In this document: positions 49,989-60,817 of the stretch, one piece after another | How the letters are laid out: every line of letters starts with the position of its first letter | How positions within the stretch are numbered: the first letter of the stretch is position 1 | DNA from: Amoeboaphelidium protococcarum X5 | Lineage: Eukaryota > Fungi > Aphelidiomycota | Direction of reading: 5' to 3' | NCBI GenBank assembly: GCA_023515725.1 | Contig: JALDTO010000208.1 | Coordinates: forward strand, 186,001 to 250,000 | Length of the DNA stretch: 64,000 nt | Program-made: the position numbers and the translations under genes | Notes under the pieces: generated by a model | Databases searched by the model: none | What the model saw: only the letters and a program-made list of their open reading frames with translations | What the model was told of the DNA's origin: nothing

Positions 49989-51164
49989 ATGTACATGTTT
50001 TACACTGCGAAACTTGCCACCAAACCACTAAGATTGTCTATGCACTATAAACGGTCCTTTAAGTATATGAGTACATCTAGCATAGGTCAGACATTGATAG
50101 AGCGATATAGATCTGCCTCTGATGGCGAAAAGCTGAAATTGCTCTAAACTCTCGATGGCATAAGGAACAAGGATTTTGACATTCTGTATAACGATATGCG
50201 AAAGATGAACGATGAATCTCATGGTCTAGATGCTTTAATTAAACTAAGGATGGACATTTTAAGATGCGAGAAGTCTGGCGAAAGTGGACTGTCTCAACTC
50301 AGTCAGCGACTCCTCTCAAAGTTTAAAGTGGAATTTCGCTCCTCTAATTTGAAGACTATCCGCGTCACTCAAGACTCAGCTCTTGGTTTAAAGGTATTAC
50401 TTTGATATAGTTATCTAGCATGGCATTTACAGAGTGTGAATTATGTGTAGAAACAACTTGTCGAATATGAGAAAGTTCATAAGGTCAGATCTGATCAAGA
50501 TGCTGCGAGGCGATTAGGGAATTGTCGGCGAGTATTTGCACTGACACACAAGGACTGGCCGTCTCAGATACTCTGCTTTGTCAATGTTGCTCTCACTAAG
50601 AATATCGCCACCTCTATCGATTCTATAATTTAAGCTAGTAGTGACGCGTAAAATCTTGATCAAGATGAGCCATAAATGCAGTGGGCAATGTTCTATAGTA
50701 TCAACTCCACTCTCGCCGGAATAGGTGGGGTAGATTTGGGACATGAGATGATTATGCACGCCGTGGAAGAACTTCGCCGCTCCCTGCCTAATTTACAGCA
50801 TTTCTGTACTCTGTCTCCAATACCATCTCTGGCATAGAACGTGAAAGCGGATGATGCTAATGAGTAATCTGTTCTTCAATTCCTTTGCCGTCGCAAAGAT
50901 ACCTCTAAAACATCAGCTCCAAATAAAAAACGTGTTCTGGATCCTGTAGCCAACTTCCATTTAAAGAATGGCGCCATGATTTACTAAATCAATCCCGGGG
51001 CTAATCTGGGTCTTAAAGGCTAATAAGAGTCTTATGGTTTTATGGTCAACTATTACTATGATCAGAAATCATTGCGCAAGAACTCTGAGATGTACATTAA
51101 ACGCGGTAAGATTGCTTTATCTGATTAGTTGTAATCAACTTTACAACCTCAAAGCAAACTATGA
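49989..51164 (+). CDS. MLYCD: Malonyl-CoA decarboxylase (372 aa; intron 50394-50450)
   Basis: YEKVH...RRLG..RRVF, AMFYSINST..GIGGVDLG, TLSPIP, DPVANFHLKNGA, SYGFMVNYYY; presequence-like N-terminus and C-terminal SKL*. Confidence 0.93.
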
Positions 51165-51226
51165 ATACGGGACTGTAATTTATTTGTAACCTTAAATACA
51201 CATATGCTCTATAAAAGATATTTTGT

Positions 51227-52519
51227 TCACGATTCTATGCAGGAATCTACCAAATATTTGATCAAAACACTACTCCAGCACATTGACAAAGGGGAACATT
51301 CTTCATCAACTTGAGCCTCTGCTAATGACAGTAACTCATCAGGTAATGTATTATTTTGTAGGAAGCTGGCCCATAAGGTCGTCTGCACTCCACTTTTAAA
51401 TAATCGAATGGGAATCTACATCTGAGATTCAATATCATCCATATAACTTTCAAACTAAGCCATAATTTCACGCTATTACAATATGGCAACTTTCGAATCG
51501 CAATTAGACACAATCGGACGCAGAGCCAAATAGTTATGAGGAATCATGTGCTAGTAAATGTCTCTTCTAATCAACTGCTAATCTTATGGAGTGCAGAACG
51601 TATTATACGCACTAAAAGCACTTTCAAATAGATTTCGATCTTACTTAATGCCTGACTGAATTGACTGGCTGGTCCGATGGTGATTATCTTTAAACGTCAA
51701 CTCTGGACTTACAGACATTGAAGTATATCCAGATGCAACAGTAGGAGTTAACTACTACTATTACTGTTACAAAGTATTCGGAGTGTAAATCTTGTCTGGA
51801 TACTCGAGCCTGAAGTTTTAGAATAATTAACCCAGCGAGTGTATTATGTCGAACACTCCAGTAAACACTAACGCGTCGTTGACTGCGACAGAGGCAGACT
51901 ATGTAATCTTCAATAAATAATTAGGTTCTTATAAGGATGAGGATAGAGTAGGCTCAACGAGTATTAATTGCTGTAAACGATGTTTATTTCTCATCGCCAT
52001 CGATAAAGCAATAATAGATGCATCCATATGACCGCAGATGATATACGGTTCTCTAACACCGAGAATGAACAACATCTCGTCATATATTTCAACCTCTTAA
52101 ATCAGCGATACCCCCTGGGAGTTATTTCCATATGAAGATAGACCGTGGCCACATCTATCAAAAGTGATGGACGGAATGCCAAACTTTGCCAGTTATCGCT
52201 GAGCATGGAACCAGGAGGAGCAACCCAGGTGAGTACTCGGAATAAATATCACAGTCGGCATTTAGTTATTAGTATTCAGTCTCTTATGTCTCCGCCTAGG
52301 AGTCTTCCAGCTAAAGTATATGCTTTGATTCTTCACCTCACATTATCTTCCTACACTTACTTATGAGTTGAATGATCGAAACATCGGTATTTCAGAATAT
52401 AAGCATGATACAATACCTGGTGGAACATCGCTGTATCTCCTCAAAGTGCGCTTGTATATTCCATAGCATATAGAGGTGACGGCTAACAGAGCAGCCACTT
52501 TCAAACTTTTTCGTGTCAT
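51227..52519 (-). CDS. Membrane-anchored alpha/beta-hydrolase-fold protein, probably catalytically inactive (430 aa)
   Basis: N-terminal TM; PTVIFIP, ITFDRCGHGLS, PYIICGHMDASII (nucleophile elbow lacks Ser), LILVEP. Confidence 0.75.
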
Positions 52520-52729
52520 ACTCGTGCCGAGGCTATTGTGATAGTGTTTGAATATGAAAGTCTGAAAATAGAAGAGAGAGAGAGCGACAATGAGAAACGA
52601 TGATCGACAAACCACCACGGATTTTCTCACGGTCAAATACGCCGAATTGGTGATACGCGTAACGGATAGGCTACAGGAGATAACGAGAGCTTAATAAATA
52701 CAGTAATACTTCTAAAGACTCTGTAGTCA

Positions 52730-54157
52730 TCAAATCAATTTTATGCTGCCAACATTACGTACTATAGAAGGATCGGTGGTCCATACGTATTTCAAATCAA
52801 CTCCGTCTTCTTCATTCTTTTGCTTCCATTAATCCCAATGCTCTTACTCCCTCTAATGACTCTACTGAAGGAGTGAATATATCTATTAGACGGCATCTTT
52901 TAAATTGATATTCATCTTGGCTGACACGGGACATAATGCATAGTTCTAATCTGAGCAGAATTAAGATAATTGCTGGTACTGCGGAGTCAAACTCACGTCA
53001 CCGCTGTCAATAAGATCGCACTTGTTAGCCAGAATGAGAACATAATTCTAATGTGACTTGCTTTAAAGTTGCCATGAATAGCCACTGTAATTCAGATTGT
53101 CAAAGTACGCATCCACTTCATGCTTAAGAGTACGAAAATCACCGACTAAATCCTCTCTGGTGCAATCCAACATGTAAACCAGCAGTCGACATCTTTCGGC
53201 ATGCTTGAGAAAATCCAACCCGAGTCCTTTGCCTTTTGATGCATCTTTAATCAGACCAGGTAGATCTGTAATCTTGAATTTACAATCCAGCCCGGGGATT
53301 TGAACAGAGCCTAATCGAGCTGTCAGAGTTGTGAACGCGTAATCCCCAACACCAGACTTTACCCCAATGCCATTCTCTTTCAACTTCATAGCCGGATTTC
53401 GACCTGGACATACGGCTTCCATGAAAGAGCTCTTTCCAGCATTAGGAAGTCCTATCAGACCAACATCACCAACCAACTTGGTCTCAAAGGCCAGATCAAC
53501 AGATTGAATTTTTTCATTATCCGACCATTATCTCCGTGCTAGTATATCAGCAGACTCTTGGCCTTTCGTTGCCCAGCTGAATGGATTGTGAATATTACTT
53601 TACTTTAATAACGTATTAACAAATTCGGGATGTGATTATGATTCCTCTACCAGCTATTAATTCTCTAATCTATGGGAATTAAACGAGTAATTGCCTCTAC
53701 CACCAGTGCCTCCTCTAGCCACAACAAACTAAGCTCCAGGTGGCACGAGCGGATGATTCGTATCTACCCATATAGATCTCTGAGCATCGCTATTGTTCAC
53801 CTCACGCATAAGTGTTCCCTTCGGCACATTTATGATGGTGTCTTCACCACGCGCGCCTTTACCTCTAGTATGCGTACCTTTCCCTCCAACACCAGATTTA
53901 ATGATTGAAAAGTGACCACCAAATCGACTGGTGAGCATACGCAAATCAGACGCGTAGTTTTAGCCATCACCACCCACAACATTCACAATTATATCACCAC
54001 CACTATTACCATTACCACCATCGGGAGGCGCCATTCTCTGAAACGGCTAACGCGCAAAATGGACCGCTCCATCGCCACCCTTGCCCGGTTTCAGGCGATA
54101 CACAACTCGATAGAATTCTCTCATTGACTTGATTTTGAGACTGCGCGTATCTTGCAT
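52730..54157 (-). CDS. MTG2: Obg-family GTPase, mitochondrial MTG2/GTPBP5-like (475 aa)
   Basis: GKGGDGAVHF, PDGGNGNSGGD, VGLIGLPNAGKSS, YAFTTL, DLPGLI, GLGLDFLKH, ANKCD. Confidence 0.9.
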
Positions 54158-54239
54158 TCAGTCACCTTAACGGAAAGAGATGAAACGCGTTTATAAAATT
54201 GTAATTCAGGCAATACCAAAATAAAAATAATACATCATA

Positions 54240-55319
54240 TCAGAAGAAAACACTTTAAAACATTTAGCTTATTGCTCTTTTCCCATTTTCCTCTTCCTAA
54301 AGGTCTTAAATATCGTATAGACGTTACAGCCTCTCAGGGTCTTCCAAATTCAATTTAGATTTGATGGTCTAATCAAATAATCTTTTTTCCGCTCTAGCAA
54401 TTTGCGCCATTTGTCTCACAACTGCAGTCTATGTTCTACCCAGCAATGGTGCAATTTATCTAGGATTCTTACCATTCCTCAAGTGGAATTACAGCTACGA
54501 ACGTTGCTCATTCCAAAAACCATAATGATTGCGAGGATGAGGCTCCTATTCAATCTCTGGGTATATCTCATTGTACTCATTGGCGAGTTCAAAAGCAGTT
54601 ATACTCAGCTAAGGGTTGTCTTTCCGTCTTTATGCCAGAGGAATGTACTTCTTCTGCTATGATCCACTAACAACAGAGCTGCCATATTTAACAACTTGTA
54701 ACTATAGAGACGCATTGTCATCACGCATACAATCACTACTAAAAACATCACCACCATCCGTTAAATCGCAATCTTCTTCATTATCATCATCATCACCATC
54801 ACATTCATCGCTACTAAATGGCTCATCTTTAGCAGGAGTGGCACGCGTACTCTTTGGTGGTGTCGGAGGGAACTGTTATATTGACCGCTTTCTCAGATGT
54901 CTGACATTTTCATTTTCTACTGTATCCCCATCCAGCTCAGTATCGGAAGTAATCTCTTTCTTCTGCCTCTTTCCAACAATACTCTAAGGAGTTTACAACG
55001 TAACTGCTCCATTATTAATTTCATCAGACTCAGCACTCCGTTTCCGCTGAGGTGTTTGATGCTATTTCACGTCAACCTCTGATGCAGAATCTTTGGTGGC
55101 TACAGACTTCTTCACAGGCTTAGATTCTGATTTGAGGGATGCTTCATGCGAGGAGGTGGAAATAGCTTATTACTATGAAACCACCGAGGAATTCTGACGC
55201 TAAGCCACAAAGGCCGAATACTCATCAACCAGCAGTCTTTTGAGCTACTTATATCTCTTGCGGCTCAGGTGCAATTGTAGATAATCCAAAAACTCTCCCT
55301 TATCACTAAGAGTGGACAT
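54240..55319 (-). CDS. Hypothetical nuclear protein with C-terminal Myb/HTH-like motif (359 aa)
   Basis: Acidic/basic disordered middle; RNHYGFWNEQRSQLQFHLRNGKNPRQIAPLLGRTQTAVVRQMAQI resembles a W...L...G....IA..LGRT..AV HTH. Confidence 0.65.
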
Positions 55320-55813
55320 GATACGTGCTTTTTATCTTTAATAATTCAGATATTAGCTATTTTTTCCTGTATAAAATCGTAAACCTAAGAAATACAAATC
55401 AAAAGTTAAAGTGATTCAAGGAGTGTCATTTAAGTCTGGTTGCTACGCTGATTGGCTGAGCATTTATCGGTCATTTCTCTTGTGTGTCACATTAAGTTCA
55501 TCAATGCTTACTACCAAAAATAGATGTCCACAGCGTTCTGTACATAGCTAGTTATCGAAATCAGACCAATTATTGTACATTGCCAAAGGTCTTCCGAGTT
55601 ATCGACTGCATGTAAAAACTCACACAACAACGTCCGATACTCTTTAAAACGCGTGACGCGTCACTCCTGATTTCATGTTGATTAGCGATTCATTACCGGT
55701 TGTCTTCTTCCTTACACTTGACTTACTCTTAATTGTCTGAATATTCGAATAAATTAGTCTAATTGCCTCATTCTTCTCATAGTTAGTATATAAAATTGGG
55801 TGAAGACGTTATA

Positions 55814-58800
55814 ATGGCTGATGAAGAGTTTATTGATCCACTTGGGTAGACTGATGGCTCAGATTTGTTTGGTGACAATATGGTTAGTACAGGAAATCAG
55901 GGAGGGAAATCATCATTGTTCGACGACACTGAAGACTTGAGATCATTTGGTAGTCGTGGGAGGCTTGGAAGGCGGTTTAATAATGATGATATGCAAAGTA
56001 GTAGTACATAGTAGTTGTAAGGGACCGAGTCTGCTGATTAGATTTTCTCTGCTATCGATCAAAACGAACAGGATTACACAGAATCTACACCTTTTCTGTC
56101 ATCATATCCGGATATCATAAAGCAGTAGGACGTAGAAGGTGGCGACAATGATACTACTGGCAATAGTACTACGCGTCGTAAAAAAGATAAAGCTGTTAAA
56201 TATGGTGGTGGCGGTAGACGGCCTTGGTATAGGAGAAAATGCTTTGCTGTTATCCTCTTGATCATTCTCCTGTTGATTATCACCATGTCTCTAATCACTT
56301 GGTTTGTTATAATTCCTTCGGTGGCGTCATAGAAAATGCGTCTAGTCGGACTGAAAGTTAATAGTATTGTAATGACAAAGCCACGTCCATCATCTGTGGC
56401 ACTGCGAATGAACGTTACTCTTGAGGGCCTTGGCGCGGCAACATAACTTAGTCAGAAGATTTTGAGTGAACGAACGTAGATTCAGGTGAATTTTAATGGC
56501 ACTGAAATTGGAAGAGTCCCGATGCCTGAGCTCGCTATTGAGAAGGGTATGGATACACTTGATTTGATCATTGATGAAGTTATGGAAGTGACTAATTCTG
56601 AGTGGTTGACAATAAATATTAAAGATGTTCTTGATAAAGAGGTGTTCTATTGGAATTTGAAGGCACCACGGGGATTGCATCTCAAGTTGGAAGGAGTCCC
56701 TGTTTTGAATACTATATCAGTTGGTAATGTAGAGTTCAACAAGGATATCAAGTTGACTGGAATGTAAAAGTTTTCAACCGATGGCGGATTTAAAGTATTA
56801 TCTCTGGAGATTCCTCGTAATCTCAATTGGTAAAAAGATCAAGTTAAGCAATCATCTACCCGCTATTAGGGACTGGAACTGCAAGTTTAAATCTAGATTC
56901 CAAATCCATCAAGGATAACTATGCTACTTCCTGACACCACGTTCTCTCTGTATTATAAGTCTACTAAGCACGAGAACTATTTCATTCCGGTTGGACTTCT
57001 ATCTGCTTCTTCCGACGAAATGCTAATCCGACCTAGTCCAGTGCAAAATAATATTACTCTCGTGGGTGGCCTACTTAGTTATCAGACGCTCCCTGAGGCT
57101 TTGAAGTATGGATATGGCGAAGCGTAATACAGAGATGTGTTGAGCGAGTTCTTTACGCGTTATATCAGCGGTGAGAAGGTTGATCTGCAGACGCGTGGAT
57201 TTTCTTTTACCGACGAATTTAATAGTTTACGCAACCATACTAAGCCAGATTTGCCTCCTGTTGATAGCGCTGGTTGGTTACTCAATCCTCTGTCTTAAAT
57301 CAATTTGAACGTGACTTATCAACACGACTCTGAGCGGAATGGTCGCACCAGTATTAATGGCATATAAGTGGACAAGTTGAACTTTAAATTCCGCAAAGAT
57401 TATCCTTTTAAGCCTGTAACAGCAGGTACGATCCAGGCACGTATGTTTGTGCCGTATCTATTTGATCTCGATGTGGTACAGGTGAAGTAGAGAGTTGAGA
57501 TATGGCGTTGTGTGTCTAGCTGCACTGATTTAGTTCTCATTGGATTGCTTGAGACTTAGTGGGAAGACTCCAAGTCGTCGACAATTGAAACTGTCGATTC
57601 AGAGCTATAGGATGGCTCAACTCTCGCAATTGGCAAGAGCTATAATGTCATTATGTCTATAAACAATTCCACGATGGGTCGATCTGATAATACTATCCTG
57701 CAAGTTTCTGCGTAGTCTAGAACGTATTATTAGGAATTCATCCGCGATCTTTTAAAGTATGAATACGTCGATGTCTTATTCAAAGGATCTGCTTCTGCTA
57801 ACATAGATCTTGGTCTCGGCCTGCCTCTGTATGTGATGGATCTACCGGTCGATCATAGTGTTCGCTTGCCAGGTATGGCTAATTTGGTGAGTGGAGGTGG
57901 AGACGGTATGAAGGTGGTGTAAAATTTGGAAGTTAAAAGTGTCGCTAGAGGTGGAGTGCTTGGATTCAGCATTGCCGGTGCTTATATGCGTCGATATCTC
58001 AATTGGACTATTGGAATTGAAATTGATGCTCCAATGCAGTTTGATATGTTTTACACTCCAAACTCTGATCCTACAAGTGGTAAACACGTATAGACGTTAC
58101 AGTAGTCATAGAGTATAATGGATAAAGATTATTTAGTGGGTAAAGTCTCGATACCATCGTTAAATCTTGGTGATACCGCAGACTGCTATCAACGAATATA
58201 TGATCCTCTGGCTAATGAAACTATTATTGTTGGAGATTCAGGAGTTGATTATTGCAGTGTCGTTGCGGATGGGGACTTTTAGCCTGTGGCTTCAGTTAGA
58301 GATTAGGAAATATGTGACTAGAGAGGCACTTGTGTGTCGCGGGCCTTCTTTTCTGCATACACCACCAACTATGCTCTCCATAGGAACACGTCTCGATTCG
58401 AGCCTACAGAGATTACGCTGAAGGCTGTCAGTCTTCCGCCTGATTTCGAGTTGGCCAAGTCTTTGATGTCGTTACCTAAACTATAGCTGCCGGGATATCG
58501 CCCCAGCTATAATGCCACGAGTAGGCCTCCATTTCCTTTGGTGCGGCGTATAGTCGTCCAGCCTACAGGAAACATAATCAGCGGTAAATTGTCTTGCTGG
58601 CTGGATCTCTATAATCCTTTAAAGATACCGCTCAGGTATCACTATCTCAACATCAAGACTTATTATGGCAATGTGTAAATTGGCTCGCTGAACGTCAATC
58701 TCACTCAATATGATCCATTTGAGCATAAGAAAGGATACGAGTTTTCGGGATACCCGAACCGGCGTACGAATAAGAAGAAAGATCCTTATGGACCACATGC

Positions 58801-59356
58801 ATCCAGGTGGTGTTTGAACTAGCAAGATTGCCAAGTTGGGCCGATTGATTTAGTTCCTAATGGCGTTGATGGACTTGATTGCACTGGCGGTTACTAGAAC
58901 TTGTCAACTATAAGCAATCGAACTGAAGTTACATTCTCTCTTAGTGTTCCAGGTGTAGCTCAATTCTGGAAGAGTTTGTGGGACCGTGATGGAGCGGCCG
59001 TGAATGTCACAATCAAAGGCCAAGTCTTGATTGGATTGAATTCTGTGCCTTTTGTTGGATAGCCTCGGTTGAATAATACAGATCCTCCTTCGGAGAAGGA
59101 AATTGATGATGTTAAGCATGGCAGGATACCGGCTGATTTAGTTGATCCGTATTGGTTTGGTGTACAAGATTTTGAAAAGTCAAACACATTCATCACTTGG
59201 CAAGATTTTGGTTAGTTTGAGACTCCACTGATAATGAGACGATTCATAAATGGTGGAAATGGGAGACCGGAACCTCTAAATTTTACTGTTCCGGGTTGTG
59301 ATGAGAATTGATTCTGGATTGAGGAGTGGCCATCACCTGAAGTTGACGAAGACTGA
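55814..59356 (+). CDS. Type II membrane protein with LEA-2/DUF3712 (Tag1-like) beta-rich repeats (1180 aa)
   Basis: Disordered N-terminus, RPWYRRK then a single TM, then repeated IPNPSRITMLLPDTTFSLYY and LYNPLKIPL..LS motifs; one frame to TGA 59354-59356. Confidence 0.75.
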
Positions 59357-59367
59357 AAAATAATAAA

Positions 59368-60603
59368 TGTTGATTTTATACCATCGTAGAAAGATTCTTC
59401 AGTTTGCCAGGTTCATATCTGCTTCTTGCGTTTATGTTCCTTCCATCTTCAGATTCTCTTGTTCCTTAGTTAGTTTCGCCTCCCATCTGCCTTAATCGAT
59501 CGCGACGATAATCGCGTTTCAGGTGAGGCTTTCACCGGATGGTTTTTGAAACCGTTTCAGCGGCCCCACACTATAAAATAAGATTGCCATCGGTTTCACT
59601 TCTTTTCTCTATTTCTTTCATTATCAACAATAACAATTGTCTCGACAATTGTTTGGTATTCTGGTCTGTGTGTTCTCTTAACATGCAACTGCTTCCTTCT
59701 GCTTGAGACGTTTCCGGCTTCTGATGCTGGTGCTGGCTGTCTTCTGCTATATCAACTCTGAATCCTATTCCTTGGTCCTCAGTTATCTGTCTCTGTGCTT
59801 TACTTGATACTGTGGCACTGTGTCAAGTAGATGTTCCATCTTGAAGGCTCTGGGCTTCTGCTTGAATTCCTCTGTGCATGTGTATGCAAAGCTACCATCT
59901 GGCTGCAAGTATGGCCTGCTGCTTGATGATGTTCCATTGTGGATGTTTTCTTGTAGGCGAGACTGGGCGGGGGTAAGCCAACAGGGCAGTCCGGTGGGCC
60001 GAATATCTATTATCCTTTGGAACGGAGAGCGGAAGGTTGCTGGTAAGATTGGCAAAGTTGGTTGGTTCCTCGTCCCTGAAAGATTTGATCCCTTTCACAG
60101 AGGCTCGTCGGGTTAGTGGTGGTAACGATAACTGGTGGATGGATGCCTGCCAGTTTGCGGTGAAGCTCTACGTCGTCGAGTCCGGGTCGTCGAACCGCTT
60201 TGCTAATCCTGGAGTAAGTTTAACTCATCTAATACCTGGCACTAGGGCGAGCGGCTGTTGTATACGAGGCTGGGCGGGGGCAAGCCAGGTGGGCAGTCCG
60301 GGGGATTGAAGCAGATGCCGCCCTAGTAGCATGTGGCATTTAGTTGGGTCCTGACTGCGTATCATTAAGGTTGACGTGTGAATGAGAGCGAGTCGCACTT
60401 TGGTCTCGCTGGAATTGACACTGATTCTTGTAGATCTCGCTTCTGCCAATGACGAGCTGATTGGTTTTGTTCCTCATGATGCTGCTGGGAGGTGCACAAT
60501 CTGGGTCGCTGATGGCAGAGCGATACCAAGAGCCTCACTCTAATGATGTTGGCCACCTTGACGTGGTATTAGAGCTCCTGTTCTACAGATCTAAGAGCCA
60601 ACA
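59368..60603. mobile_element. GC-rich insertion, probable retroelement relic (solo LTR or DIRS/Ngaro-like)
   Basis: No coherent ORF under either code; higher GC than flanks; bounded by TGTTG (59368) and CAACA (60599-60603); TATAAAA at ~59573; internal 44 nt direct repeat; lies between two convergent genes. Confidence 0.45.
59951..60301 (+). repeat. 44 nt imperfect direct repeat (59951-59994 and 60258-60301; 37/44 identical)
   Basis: ttgtaggcgagactgggcgggggtaagccaacagggcagtccgg vs ttgtatacgaggctgggcgggggcaagccaggtgggcagtccgg. Confidence 0.9.
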
Positions 60604-60817
60604 CTCTATTTAATGAATTTGATTTGAATAAATTTCTTTAATCACTAGCTCAATGTATATCTTTGTCTTTTTCCAACAGAACATGGATTACAAGATGGCA
60701 ACATTAGATATAATGATAGGCTATCGATAAGAATGGATGTAAGCATGAACATAATATATAATCGAAAATACTAAAACAAAGTCTTTGATGATGATGACAA
60801 GTAGCGAGTCATTCATT

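Noticed and set aside
52311-52360. Apparent GTAAGT...TTTAG intron in the hydrolase gene
   Set aside because: The frame is open and continuous without splicing; removing it shifts out of the hydrolase frame.
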